NCBI RefSeq assembly: GCF_000711695.1
Contig: NW_013547019.1
Location: forward strand, 124,001 to 188,000
Direction of reading: 5' to 3'
DNA: 64,000 bases
Source: Tilletiaria anomala UBC 951
Lineage: Eukaryota
Shown: positions 42,692 through 55,182 of the stretch, in pieces
Layout of the letters: each line of letters starts with the position of its first letter
How positions within the stretch are numbered: position 1 is the stretch's first letter
The notes under the pieces: model-generated
Database searches by the model: none
What the model was told of the DNA's origin: nothing
The model's input: only the letters and a program-made list of their open reading frames with translations
Position numbers and translations under genes: made by a program

Positions 42692-44753
42692 ATGCCTTCC
42701 TCAGGCGCCGAGTCATATCAGGCGCAAGCTAAAGCTTGGCTGCAAGCAGATTTCGACTCGTCAACTCGAAGGCAGCTACAAAAGATCATCGATGATAATG
42801 ATCAAGACGCTCTTAAACAGGCTTTCGATGGAAGGATGGAGTTCGGTACGGCAGGTCTGAGGGGCCTCATGGGTGTGGGACCAGTAAACATGAATGTAAG
42901 CTAGCACTGCAGCAGCATGATAACCGTAGGGAATCCCCTTACCCATTTCAAGTGTTTCTTCTCCAGCGACTAGTGATTAGGCAGACTACAGCTGGGCTTG
43001 CAGATCATCTGCTCGCGGTCAACAAAGTTGCAGCCCAAAACCATGGTGTTGTCATCGCGTACGACGGCCGGCACGGTTCGAACATATGTGCGCCATCAAA
43101 CCTCCGTCTTTGTGGTACTTGCCATCACTGAAAATTGATACGTCTTTGCAGTCGCAGAAGATGCCGCCGGGGTTCTGGCGGCGAGAGGAGTCAAGGTGCT
43201 ACTGTTCGACAAGATGCATCCCACTCCACTCGGTGCATTCGCAGTCAAGCATCTCAACGCTGTGGCAGGAGTCGTGGTCACTGCTTCCCACAATCCGCCG
43301 CAATATAATGGCTACAAGGTCTACTGGCAAGGTGGGAACCAGATCAATGATCCGATTGACGAACAAATCGCTGCAGCTATCAGCCATGTCGCCGCAAAAG
43401 ACAGCACTCCAAAGGCTCTATCGCTGTCCGACGCACAATCAGTCGGCCTCCTGCAGTACCTCGGCGATGAAGTCTTCGCTTCCTACCAAAAGGAGCTTTT
43501 GAAAACAGTGTCCGTGTCAGGCGCCAAGGGAAAAGATGGTTTGGTTGTAGCATACACTCCCTTGCACGGCGTAGGGGCGCCGTTTGCCGAAGCCCTCCTC
43601 AAGCAGACAGGAATTTCGAACGTTCACACTGTAAAGGTGCAACGCGAAGCGGATGGTGACTTTCCTACAGTGAACTTTCCCAGTGAGTACAAGGCCTGCT
43701 CGCCTGCTCACCTCCTCACATGGAGTTTTCTCACACGATAGTATTGCTCAGATCCGGAAGAGAAAGGCGCCATGGATCTGGTGATCGCGCTGGCGGACGA
43801 GAAGGACGCCCAAATCGCCGTCGCAAACGACCCCGATGCCGATCGGCTCGCAGCATGCGCACGGACGAAGGATGGCAAGATGCGTCAGCTGACCGGAGAT
43901 CAGCTTGGTTCTCTGCTCGGGGAGCGCATGCTGTCGCGTGCGCCCAAGGGCAGCTGGGCGCTGAGCACTGTCGTCAGTTCGAGGTTGCTTTCCAGGCTTG
44001 CTCTCGACATGGGCGCGCAGCACCAAGAGACGCTCACTGGATTCAAGTGGCTCGGAGCCGTCGCAAAGAACATCCAGGAACGGGGCGATCACTTTGCTTT
44101 CGCATACGAGGAGGTGGGCCGCTTCGCTATCGTCAGGTGAAAATCTCGGGACGGAATGTTCTGACGGCTCGAACCTTTCCTGCATGCAGGCACTCGGCTA
44201 CATGGTCAGTCCCATGGTGTGGGACAAAGATGGCTTGACAGCGATTGTCGCGCTGTGTGAGCTAGCCGCCGAGTTGAACGCAAGCGGCGAGTCGCTCTGG
44301 GACCAGCTGGAGCGCATCCAGCGTCGCGTCGGCGCATCCGTCACCATGCCTCGCACCATCCGACTATCTCATGGCTCCCAAGGCAGCGACCTGATGAAGA
44401 AGCTCCGTGCAGACTTGCCGAAGAGTATCGCGCATCATCAGGTAATTATGATTAGTGATCTGCTCGACAACCCAAAGAAGCCGGCGGATCCGAAACAAGT
44501 TCCCAAGAATGACGTGCTGAGCTTCTACTTTGCGGACGAAACGCACTCGGCAAGCTCCAGCGAGGCGGATATTTTGTTGGGCGCGCCTCGAATCATCGTC
44601 CGGCCATCAGGGACAGAGCCGAAAGTGAAGATCTACTGCGAGAAGCTGGGCAAAATTGGAGTGGAAGAACAGTACGAGAGTGCGATGCGCCGAATTGAGT
44701 CAGACTTGAACGACCTGGTGGATGCGTTCTACACTTTCGCCATCAAATTATAG
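42692..44753 (+). CDS. Alpha-D-phosphohexomutase (phosphoglucomutase/phosphomannomutase/phosphopentomutase type); 5 exons
   Basis: FGTAGLRG, catalytic TASHNP, YTPLHGVG, metal-binding NDPDADR, TLTGFKW, YEE|ALGY, DKDG, RPSGTEPKVKIY; four GT-AG introns restore the frame. Confidence 0.93.
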
Positions 44754-44939
44754 ACCTGCCAAAGAATATTGGAACCTATGCTGATGGTGCTCAATGCATT
44801 CCATCGCAGCGCTTCAGCGCTATGCGACACATGTCATCTATGCGAATTGAGTTGCTATACGGGGGTAAAAAACGAAGCTGCTGAAGGTGATATCAAAAGG
44901 CGGTGTAGTACATACATGTATGCACAGAAGAGAGCCAGG

Positions 44940-47100
44940 GACAAAATCTGTCGCTACTCGACCGCCGCGCGCTTTCACATGTAGAACTGACTCTCAGCGA
45001 ACCTCTCAGAGAATTCAGTCTCGGGCTGAGCGCATCCATGGCGTCGAGCTTGGAAGCAGGCTGCTGCACGCCGCTCCCGCCCGCGGCGCTGCTGCTAGCT
45101 GCAGAGCAGACGAGCAAGCGCGCCTTTTCGCAGAGTACCTCCGAATAGTAGCTCAGTGGACTCTTCGAGACGGAGCGCGTGGCAAGGCAGTACGCCAAGG
45201 CGAGCGAGTTCATCAAGCGCTGGAGCTCATCGGACGTGAAGCCGATTGCATCGTGCAGGCCGACGTCATTCGACGGGCGCACGCCATGTCGACGAGGCTG
45301 ACTTGCGTCTGCAGGTTGAAGTCGAACGCGAATGCGTGAACAACATCGTAGTCGACGACGGTGCCCGCTGGCAGGTTGCCGCTGCGGTCGTTATCGGCCG
45401 GGTTCTGCGGGTGGAAGCGCGTCTTATGCCACTTGGTGTAGACGGCGTATGTAAATTTAGGGATTTAGCCTGGCTGCAACTGGTGCCTCGCCTTCTTGGC
45501 GGCGCCAAGTTCTGTCGTACGCGCAGTGCTGCACTGCCCTTCGGATATGCCCTTCTGGAAGATGAGAATGCTGCTGGGAAGCTTTTTGCTATGGGACTTG
45601 TGCCATCCGGCCAGATGGTCCGTCATGATGCCTTGAGCTTTCAAGATGATCTCCTGCGATGCACGGCTATCCGCGTTGAGCTGCGCGCGAATCTGATTAC
45701 TGTTGCGCCTGTTCGACGAGTCAATGAAAGCGACGGGGCTGACGATCGAGGATTAGCCTGCGCCGAGGCCGTGGTGCGTAACATGCATGCCGAGCATGAG
45801 CGTGTCGTTCCCTTTCAGCGGTAGGAGGACCCAGCCGTTGGTCTGTATGAGGTTCGACCAGACGCTGGCGCCCTAGCTGTTGACAGACTCGCTCTTCTCG
45901 CGCGCAAGCTCGGCGCGGATCAAGGCTGTGCACGCCTGGCGGCCAGTCAGCCTTTGTGCGGACAGCCTGATCATGTCCACGATCTGCATCGGCGAAAACG
46001 ACGGAGGGAGCGTCATGGCGGAAGAGATGATGCAAAGCGCCATCGGGATGTAGTTGCCGCCGCCACCAATGTCGATGCAAGGAAGACGCGGATATCTGAT
46101 CTTCACGTTGCACGTGTTGCGGTAGTATTGCACGATGCTCGCTGTCTTGCCACCCTTCTGGAAGGTCATGTTGGCTGCGGCATCATCGGAGATGCCCTTG
46201 AACTGTGCTGGGCGCGAATCTAGGCGGTGCATCGTGTGGATCTTGGGCGATCCTGAAGCGCTTGCGCAGCTCAACGACGCCTTTTCTCATAAGTTCAATG
46301 ATGCCACCTGCGTCGCCATAGCCGGCTCCTCCTCCCTTGCTGAGAGTCTGCGCCGCGACATCGCGCATGTTGCCAGATTTGAGAACGGCACTAAATGCAA
46401 CGTCGATGTTGACGGCCATGCCCCCGACGGTAAGGCGGGCCCTCTGGAACCGGCCCTTGCAGATCCCTGCGCCTTGTGTGAGCGGCTCGACAAGTGCACG
46501 GTTGGTGGCGTCGAAGAAGCGCTTGCCTCCAGCACCGTGAACCTTGTGCATTTAGACGGATCGTGGCAGAAGAGGATGTCGAGCGCCTGCATGCCCGTAT
46601 GTACATTTCTGGGAAGCACAGCACCGGCTGCGCTTACCGTGCGCTGGTCTCCAGAGCAGAAAGGCGAAAACACGAAGAGGTGGACCTGGGCGACTTTGCG
46701 CAGGCGCAACTCAAACGTTGTCCTTGTCGCTGCTGTGGACAAGCTCAACAGCCATGGCGAAGTCTTCCAAGGGTAGGGTCTTTGTAGAGTACGCTGCTTT
46801 GCGGCCATCGTACGCGATGCTTTGGATAGGTGCCTGCGGCAGGCTGTGCTGACCTGTTCGAACGGTGTTCTGCAATCCCACATTGAGGATACGCTGACAA
46901 AGCAGTGCATGCACGAGCTTGATCGCCTCGCTGCTGGACTTGGGTCCGCCGCGCCTGGGGGTTCCCCCAGGGGGCGGAGGACGTGCTGGGAAGATGGTCA
47001 CGGTGTATTGGCGCACAGTCCCCTGGCCCTTGCCGTCAAGCTTGATCGGGTACATGTTGGCGTGGAGCATGATCGGACGACCCTGCTGGCCGCCCATGTG
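44940..47100 (-). pseudogene. Argonaute (eukaryotic AGO) pseudogene
   Basis: Colinear N (GRPIMLHANMYPI, AYDGRKAAYS), L1 (QALDILF, VNIDVAFS), PAZ (SIVQYYRNTCNVKIRYPRLPCI...NYIPMALC) and PIWI (LGMHVTH, IFQKGISEGQ, GNLPAGTVVD, LQRLMNSL...ATRSVS...YYSEVLCEKAR) motifs, broken by frameshifts and in-frame TAA at 45753-45755 and 45465-45467. Confidence 0.9.
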
Positions 47101-47950
47101 GTGACGCTGGGCGACATCTGCAGATATTCAGGGGCGCGGATGTGAAAGCGTCAGCAGTCGTGTGATAGAGGAAAGAAAAGCTAGCTAGCAGCCACTGTTC
47201 GCTGTGCATTCTCCACTGCCCCAGCAGCGTACGCACATTGACCGCCTGCTCATGTTGCTGTGCTTGAGCCTGTGGGGCCGCCATGATGAGAGTCTGGGGC
47301 GATCGGCGTGAGCACGTTCCGTGATGCTGTTCGGCAATACCTGCCATGTTCCAATCCTTGAGTAAGTCGGACGCATCGCGGCGGGAACGATGGATGACGG
47401 CGGCCATGATGCGAGCACAAGGTGGTGAAGAGCAGTAGGGACAGCAACGAAGCCGCTCCCCGCTGGTGAGCTGAGTGGATTGTGTTGCGGCCAGCTGAGG
47501 CATAGCTGACGGACTGGGACAAGTGTTCTCTTGACGTTTCAATCGCTTGGCGGCGGATGCGATGCCGAGTATGAGTGATGGATTGTTCAGCACGGTCACA
47601 TTCTAGGGTTACACGGACTCAGCATACATGCCTGGCCCGAGCGCAGTGGTGCGCGGAATGCCATGGCCCCCCTTTGCCGGACCACTGTACGTAGTTGTCC
47701 CCGTTTGCGCATCGGGGCACTGGTTCTTGGTTCCTTACTGGTCATCAAATCACCTCAAAGCATGATGTCTGGCGCAGCGATGCGTGCTCCTTGGGACATA
47801 GACTTTTTCAACCGTGCCATTCCTTCGCTTAATCGTGGCGAATGGTTATTCGTGCGCTCTGCTCAAACGCGGTGAACATTTAATTCTTCTGCAGATCTCA
47901 GGGATCATGGATTGCATGGGGAGACCACTACATGTGCTGCTACGTTCGGT

Positions 47951-50635
47951 TCACATGACTGGGCACTCCTCATCGCCACCGCCTTCTTGACCCACTTCAT
48001 TGTCTCCCTCCCCACCCGCAGCTGCGCCAGGTACACCTCCTTCGCCCTCTGGGCGGCGTTGCTGCCGAAGGTGGGCACGCAAGAGGTTGAGAAAAGCAGG
48101 GCCTGCTACCCATGCATCTTCGTCTCTGCGAGAGGTTTCCGTGGGAAGAGCCAGCAATTGCATCAGCTCGAATGACGTAACCATCTGATAAATGCAAGCA
48201 AGCAAGCGCCTTACTCACTCTTCGTGCTTTTCATTGGCACGAATGATGGAATCCTCCTTGTCGAGCAAATCGAACCGCTGTTTCTGCTGCATACCAACCG
48301 GACTGAACACCTTGACCGTATTGTCGATGCCCGACACGGCGATAGCAGGCAAGAATGGATGTGGCTGCATGACGTTGACGACGCTCTCGTCGCCCTTCCA
48401 GATCCCGCGCAGATTCCCTGTATCCGTGTCCCACACGAAAAAATTGCCGTCATCCGAGCCGCTCATGACCCATCCGTCCGATGGGCCGGCAAAGTTGACG
48501 TCCTTGACCGTCTGCACGTTGCGATGCCCTGCATACGACTGCATTGGCCGGATGATGGGCGCGGACGGGCAATGCGAGGAGGGTTGCTGGCGTGTATGTC
48601 TCATCAGCTCGGATGCTAGCTCGTCCAGCTCATCGCTCGACGCGTCGTCCTCGTCGTCATCCTCGTCGTCATCCTCGTCGTCATCCTCGTCGTCATCCTC
48701 GTCGTCATCCTCGTCGTCATCCTCGTCGTCATCCTCGTCGTCATCCTCATTGTCTTCGTCATCATCAGACTCAACTTCGAAATCATCGTGATCATTTTCG
48801 TCGTATTCTTCGCCGTGCACATTGTCATACCTATCATCAGGTATCGTGCCACTACCGCCAGCGTGCGATATGTGGTCATCAGATGCCTGGGTGGATGTTG
48901 GACCTTGACGAGGGCGGAGGGACTGAATCGGGTACTGTCTCCCGGCGCCACTTTTAATGGGACAGTGTTCCACTGGAGAAGACGTAGATTGTTCGGACGT
49001 AGAGCCGGAGCCTTCTCTGCCGCGACCATTGTTGCTCGTCGGAGTCTTGAAACTTCCCTCTACCTCTCCGCTGCGGATATTGTACCTGAAGATGACACCC
49101 TTGCCTGCATATTCAGAGTAGCTCAGCAGCAGATCGCTGCTCCGGTTCTCTCCCAGCTTGGCTGCTGTGATGTGCGCTGGCCTCCTGCTAGCTGCAGAAA
49201 TCGGTCGACCGCGATTGCGCATGCGCCGCGGTAGTTCGCTGCCACCGTTGCCAGTTTCAGCTACAAGCTCACCGTAGCCCTCATCGTTCTCTTCCCTATG
49301 AGATCGACTGTTTCCTCCGACATCACTCGGGACGCCGAACCTCCTGACAACTTGTGTCAGCGCTCCATCCGGCGCGTATGCACCTGGAACTCCTCCCCAG
49401 TCTCTCGCCATGAGGTTGCGGACCATGCGTCGATCATGCAGATACGCATGCTCGCCAGTTCCCGCTACGACAAACAGGTGCGGCTCAAGTTTGCTGACAC
49501 TGAGGCTGTAAAGCTCCATGTGCGAGTACTCGCACAGCGGGCGCGGGCATCCCCCGCCGCCGTCACCAGCGGAATGATCAGAGTATCGATAGTAGTACGA
49601 GGAACCGCGGGGTGCGCAAGTGTGAGGGACGCGGAGGTCCATCTGCCGCACTGTGCCGTCCTCGCCTGCGGTGAGAAAGGTGTCGGGGCTTTGCTCTGTA
49701 GCGATCCTCTTCGCTCTCGCACGGTGGCACCTGAACACCCTCGTAACGCACCCCAAACCATCTTGGCCACCCTCGCCACCGCCTTCATTCCAGAGTGTGT
49801 ACTCCCGATGCCCAACTCTGCGCGTGGAACAGTCGACTCCACGTGACAGGTCGAAGACGCGAACCTGGGCGTCACCGGCGGCAGAAAAGAGGCGCGAATT
49901 GGAGGAGCCCATGCCAGGGGCGAATTTGACGCTAAAGATGTTCGCTCGGTGCCCGGTCTCGATAACGTGCTGCATGCCGATATCAAGTGTGGTCTGATGT
50001 GGAGGAAGCTGCGCCGAAATTAAATCTGACGCGCCTTCGCCGCTGAACCCGCGACGCGATCGACCCACGAGAAGAGGCGATCGAAGCCTTCGGAAGCCTG
50101 GCCGGCTCGGCACCTCATCATCATTGTCCGAAACCTCGCCTTCGTCGTGGAAAATATCCGCACTTGGGAACTGATCCTTCCCTCCAACCCGCCAAAGGAT
50201 GAGTCGTTTGTCGTCACTCCCACTCGCAAGCATGATCCCATCCGGGCTCCAGGAGAGGGCATTGACACAGCCATGGTGGCCAATCAGCTTGCTGTTGCGA
50301 ACAGAGGTGCTCTGATTGGCAACAGCAGCAGGTCCGGTAGAACAGTATCCGCCAAGCACTTCCGTCCGATCGAGTCGCCTGAGCATTGAGTCTGACAGCT
50401 GTGCAGCAAGACGATATATGCGCGTCGAGGCGATGAATGGAGACGATGCGCGTCGATCAAGGAGAGCGACGGACGTAAGATTTTCCCGGTCGAGCAAGCC
50501 ATTAAATGCAGGCGAAGGGATGCTGTCGCCCTGGCCGATTTCATCAGCATGGCTGCCACGCCAGCCTGGTGGTGTGCCACTGCTTCTCATCTTGACCTGG
50601 CTCGATAATGGTTGGCAGAGGGGCTCGTACAACAA
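47951..50635 (-). CDS. WD40 protein of the DCAF8/WDR42A/Iqw1 type; intron 48126-48218; start codon uncertain
   Basis: GHHGCVNALSWSPDGIMLASGSDD, TGHRANIFSVKF, FLTAGEDGTVRQMDLR, YAGHRNVQTVKDVNF, VMSGSDDGNFFVWD, VVNVMQPHP...AVSGIDNTVKVF. Confidence 0.9.
48648..48743. repeat. Perfect 12-bp coding minisatellite (TCCTCGTCGTCA)x8 encoding a DDED acidic tract
   Basis: Eight identical units read directly, inside the WD40 gene. Confidence 0.95.
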
Positions 50636-53464
50636 TCAATGATACTCTTTGCAGCCTGCAGCGCTTCGCGCTTCTGATAGTCAATTCGAAACGCAAATGA
50701 TGCGCAGGGCGAGAGGCCGACTCCAACTCCAGCGTTTGCTACGAATAGGTGAACCCAGAAATGGGGGCATTGTCGACTTGCCCTTGAGGTGGTGAAATCA
50801 GAGAGCTAGTCAATCCATGTGAATGTGTGGGACAGACATGAGGAAGGTCGATTTGGTTACAATGTCTGCTCAGCTAGTGTCGAAGAGTAAATGGCTGCGA
50901 TTGACTTTGGCGTGCTGAGCAGTGAGCGTGCTGGCGTGCGCCCCTGTTCACTCTTCACTGTCGAGTAAAACTCTTACCGCGTGCAAAAGCGTCTGCTCTC
51001 GCCGCCATGGCAGGATTGAGGGCAACCTGCAAGCTAGAGCGCTTGAGCTCTGAGCGTAGCTTCCAGTGTTTCGTCGCTTTCTTGCAGTATACCCCTCGGT
51101 CCAGGCAACGTTGATGAGGCGAAGAAGAGAATCCATGACTCAAGAGCACAAGGTCATGAGATGGTCAATGCACAGTGCGCTTTGTAGATCCATGAGAATG
51201 ATGCATGCTACGTAATGAAATCACACCGCGATTCTACTACGGTCTGAGTCACCAGCGTTCTTTTAGCCTGGGCGCAGCTGATTTCAGACTACGGCAACGT
51301 TTGCGTGTAGCGGCTCACAACGGGTCTGGAACTGCTTGACGCCAGGCTAGGTCCCCGCCTCCATATCACTCAGTCTGTACAGAGACCACTTCTGCACAAG
51401 TCTGACAGGTGCTTCAGCTGAGCTCACCTTGCACACAACTTTAGGGCGCCCTAGCTCAGATCCTTCATAGTATATAAAGCATCTGAACTGCAGATACAAT
51501 CAGAATTGACACAAAATGCATTCGACCGTGGTATAAACCTTGTCGACGAAAAATAATAGAGTCACCGCACTATACTACATATCTGCTACTACAGTATCGA
51601 AGCACCGCTCAAGCGAATGGATTCGAAGGATCGCCGAACATCCCACTTGTCTCTTTAGTATAGCTGCAGCATACATCTTCATTGGTATGAAACAAAGATG
51701 GACAAAGCCCGAGTGTCGCTTTCGTCGGCCTGTTTGGAGTGAGCTCATGTCTTGTTGCCATACTCCGTCTTACGACATAGGAACGAGGCCTCAACATTCG
51801 ACCAGAAGTATGGTGGCGCCTTGTATAGCTTGGTATCTGGGTTGTATGCCAGCGCTGACCTGTGATGGATCGGTTGCAAGATTTGCCTTGTCAGATCTAC
51901 CCAGGAAGTAAGTGGTCCGAGTCAGTACGCGCCCAGATTGCAAGCGGCATCGCTCTTTCTATCATCGCAGGGGTATCTTTGCTCTTCTTGCCATGGTCTA
52001 CCAGCGCGCAAAAGGGAACTTGGCGCGCCAGTCGAGAGGCGCTGCAGGAAGCAAAGGCCGGGGGGGGGGGATGCTTGGGGGTTTGACGATGTCTTTGAAG
52101 GGGCAATTGAAGCGTGGGAAATTGGGGCAGCAGCGAGCCAAAGATGCTGGCGTGACTGCTCTTGCGGCATCGAAAATGCTCGCAGAGTGCAGGGTGCCCC
52201 GAAAGTCCGCAGCAGAAAAGGTGGGCCAGGATGAACTGCAAAATGTCTCAATGACCAATGCAGACCTGATATCGAAGTGTATTAGCCGCAATCACCTTTC
52301 AATTCGTGCGCCTCGGATCCGCGGCCAGGAGAAACGTTCGTATCGCTTAGGGAAGTTTTGTCTGAGATCGCAATTCATTGCCGAGCTTGCAAGAGTCCTT
52401 GATGCCTAGACATTCTACATGCTCCTTGAATGTAGTACCTTGGGCCCATCTGGGCAAACGGTGCATTGGAAGCGCATTACATCTGTCAAGACGTGTATAC
52501 CAATTCAATCTGGAACACCCAATGCCAAGATGATTACTAAAGGAAAGACATGGGCATGGCACGACTCATGAAGAGGTCTCTATGGAAATTCAGCGTTTGG
52601 GCGAACCTTCCCGTGCATTCTCACCATCTCCAAGCCCCCCGGCTATTTCATTTGCTGGGGTCCACGATGGCATTCTTCCTAGCTTTCTTTACCCTACAAC
52701 GCGGCGGAAATTGAGCTCGCACTTTTAGAGCTCGCCAGCAGCGAGCTCCTTGACACTCCTTTCCGAGATAATGGTCGCTGGCACTACGAATCGCGTAGGT
52801 ATAGATAGGCAAGTTCAACTGCATGCCACGAGGGATAAGAATTAAGAGGATCTTGTGTGCGACGATGTGATGATGTGTGGATCAATCTGTGTGGATCAAG
52901 GTGTGGATCCGTGGAGAGACAAGTTCTTTTCGCTGGAAAACCAATTCTTCTGATTGTGTGTTTCTCATAAAAGAAACAAGGCCGTAGAGGACAGCCTGTA
53001 CACCAGTGTGCAGGCCTGCACAGATTTTCTCAGTGCGTCCAGCCCATAGTTGTCCAGCAGTTTCTCCTGCGTAACAGGGGAGAAGGTCCCGGATGCCCCG
53101 GATGCTGTGGAGGAGAAGAAAGGAGGGCCGAGACCCAAGGGCGGAACGCAGAACGACGAAAAGTTTTGTCGGCAGAGCGTCCCAGCGAAAGAGTGTAGAA
53201 AAAAATCCCAAGCTCACACAGGTCTCAACCCGAAGGAAAGAAACGCCAGCAGGCACACCTTCCCTATTCAGCTCACTCGATGCACTTCTTTTTACCTTTT
53301 GCTCGCCTCACACGCATGGCATTCAGTTGAAGACGCTCCCCCATCACCAATTGGTACGAGCATCAAGCACTCGAACAATCACTCAAGCTGCCAGCGATCA
53401 CACTGCGCAACTGAAACCAGGGGAGGCAAGTCTTTGCTACTCGGCAACATATATATCCGCGCCT

Positions 53465-53536
53465 ATGCGCTTCTCAGCAAACACGCGGGACGACTACATT
53501 TCTGACCAGGTATTCAAGTCTTCACACGATGCTTAA
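53465..53536 (+). promoter_or_regulatory. uORF encoding an arginine attenuator peptide (AAP)-like peptide, MRFSANTRDDYISDQVFKSSHDA
   Basis: 23-codon uORF directly 5' of the CPS small-subunit gene, with a DYISD core like the yeast CPA1 (DYISDHIW) and Neurospora arg-2 (DYLSDHLW) AAPs. Confidence 0.85.
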
Positions 53537-55182
53537 GCTCGCTTCCGCTGCAGCCCCTTCTTTCTCCGTCAGCAGCATGCTGCAACAGCGTGCCTCATCC
53601 AGCATCAGCGCGCTTGCTACCGCACGTGCTTCCTATGCAGCGACTCGAGCCTTCAGCACATCCTTGCGCGCACAGTTGGCTACCCCCGTGGATGCCGACA
53701 AACCCAAGAAATCCGTCGGCGGATTTGCTATCAGCTCAGCACCGCGCATCACCTACACTTACGCGCCACCTTCTCAGCCTGCTACCTTGCACTTGAAGAC
53801 TGGCCAGTCCTTCCCTGGCAAGTCGTTCGGTCACCCTGAGACGCGCTTCGGAGAGACGGTCTTCACCACCTCTATCACTTCGTACACCGAGTCTCTCACC
53901 GACCCCTCATATCAAGGCCAGCTTTTGACTTTCACGCAGCCGCTCATGGGTAACTATGGCGTACCGGACAATTTTGGTACAAACGTGAGCCCGCATGGTC
54001 ACCCGCTCGACGTGAACGTCGGCAGCCTTATGGAGAGCACCGGAGTTCAGGCAGCCGGTGTCATCGTCAGCAACCTCACCGAAAACTTCTCGCACTTTGA
54101 AGCGAAGGAGTCGCTCGCTACGTGGTGCGCTCGCCACGGCGTACCCGGCATCAGTGGCATCGACACTCGTGCACTCACCACGCTGCTTCGCGACCAAGGC
54201 TCCACTCTTGGCGCAATCAAGATTGGCGCAGGCCACGAGCAGCCACCCGCAAATTCAGACTTCTACGACCCGATGGGAGAGAACCTGATCGAAAAAGTCT
54301 CGACCAAGCAGCCGTACACTATTCACCCCGTCGGGGGTGCATCCGCAGCCAAGGTGCATGTTGCGCTCCTGGACTTTGGTTGCAAGGCCAACATCCTTCG
54401 CTCTCTCCTTCGCCGCGGAGCAACTGTTACGGTGCTTCCTTGGAACTACGACTTCAACCCCGTGCGGGACAACTTCGATGGCCTCTTCCTCAGCAACGGC
54501 CCTGGCAGCCCGTACTCAATCCCAAGCGCCGTCGGAGTCGTCAAGAAAGCAATCGATGAGTGGAACAGGCCAATCTTTGGCATCTGCATGGGTCATCAGA
54601 TCATTGGCCTCGCTGCCGGCATCAAGGCATACCGTATGAAGTTTGGCAACAGGGGCCACAATCAACCCGTGGTTGCCATCTCCACGCACGGCAGCTCGGT
54701 CAAGGCTGGCCGTGTCTACATCACCAGCCAGAACCATGGGTACGCGCTAAAATTCGAAGAGTCCGCGCGCACCATCGAAGATGGCAAGTGGCCTGATGGA
54801 TGGGAGCCATGGTTCGTCAATGCGAATGACGGCTCGATCGAGGGTATCAGACTTTGTGAGTGCTCGCACGAATTCCCGGCGTGGCGTTTGGCTTTTTGCT
54901 GATGCTATGTCCACGACCTTCGCCTTTTCTCTCCCTTTTCTTCCTTTTTTCCCCAATACAGCGCCAAAGATTGACCGCAAACCGGTTTGGGCCGTCCAGT
55001 TCCACCCCGAGCACGCCGGTGGGCCAGAAGACTGCAGCGAGATGTTCACGGACTACGTGACGGAGTGCATCAAGGCAAAGGAGGAGCGTGGCCAGCGTGA
55101 CATCGGCGCTGGCATCGCAAGCTCTTTCCAAGGGCCTGTTGGCACTGGTTTGAAGCCCAGTTTGATCGAGGTGAAGGCATGA
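53529..55182 (+). CDS. CPA1: Arginine-specific carbamoyl-phosphate synthase small (glutaminase) subunit, mitochondrial; intron at about 54856-54961
   Basis: GETVFTT...YTESLTDPSYQGQ, GISGIDTRALT, LSNGPG, PIFGICMGHQ (catalytic Cys), GNRGHNQP, TSQNHGY, VQFHPE. Confidence 0.96.

Noticed and set aside
45465..45755. Argonaute stops rescued by RNA editing or readthrough
   Set aside because: The stops are TAA and come with frameshifts, a large deletion and catalytic substitutions, so pseudogenisation is the simpler explanation.
48592..49029. ORFs with RRHP, MTTR and poly-S repeats; CRISPR-like periodicity
   Set aside because: These are alternate-frame readings of the 12-bp DDED minisatellite. There are no spacers and the context is eukaryotic.
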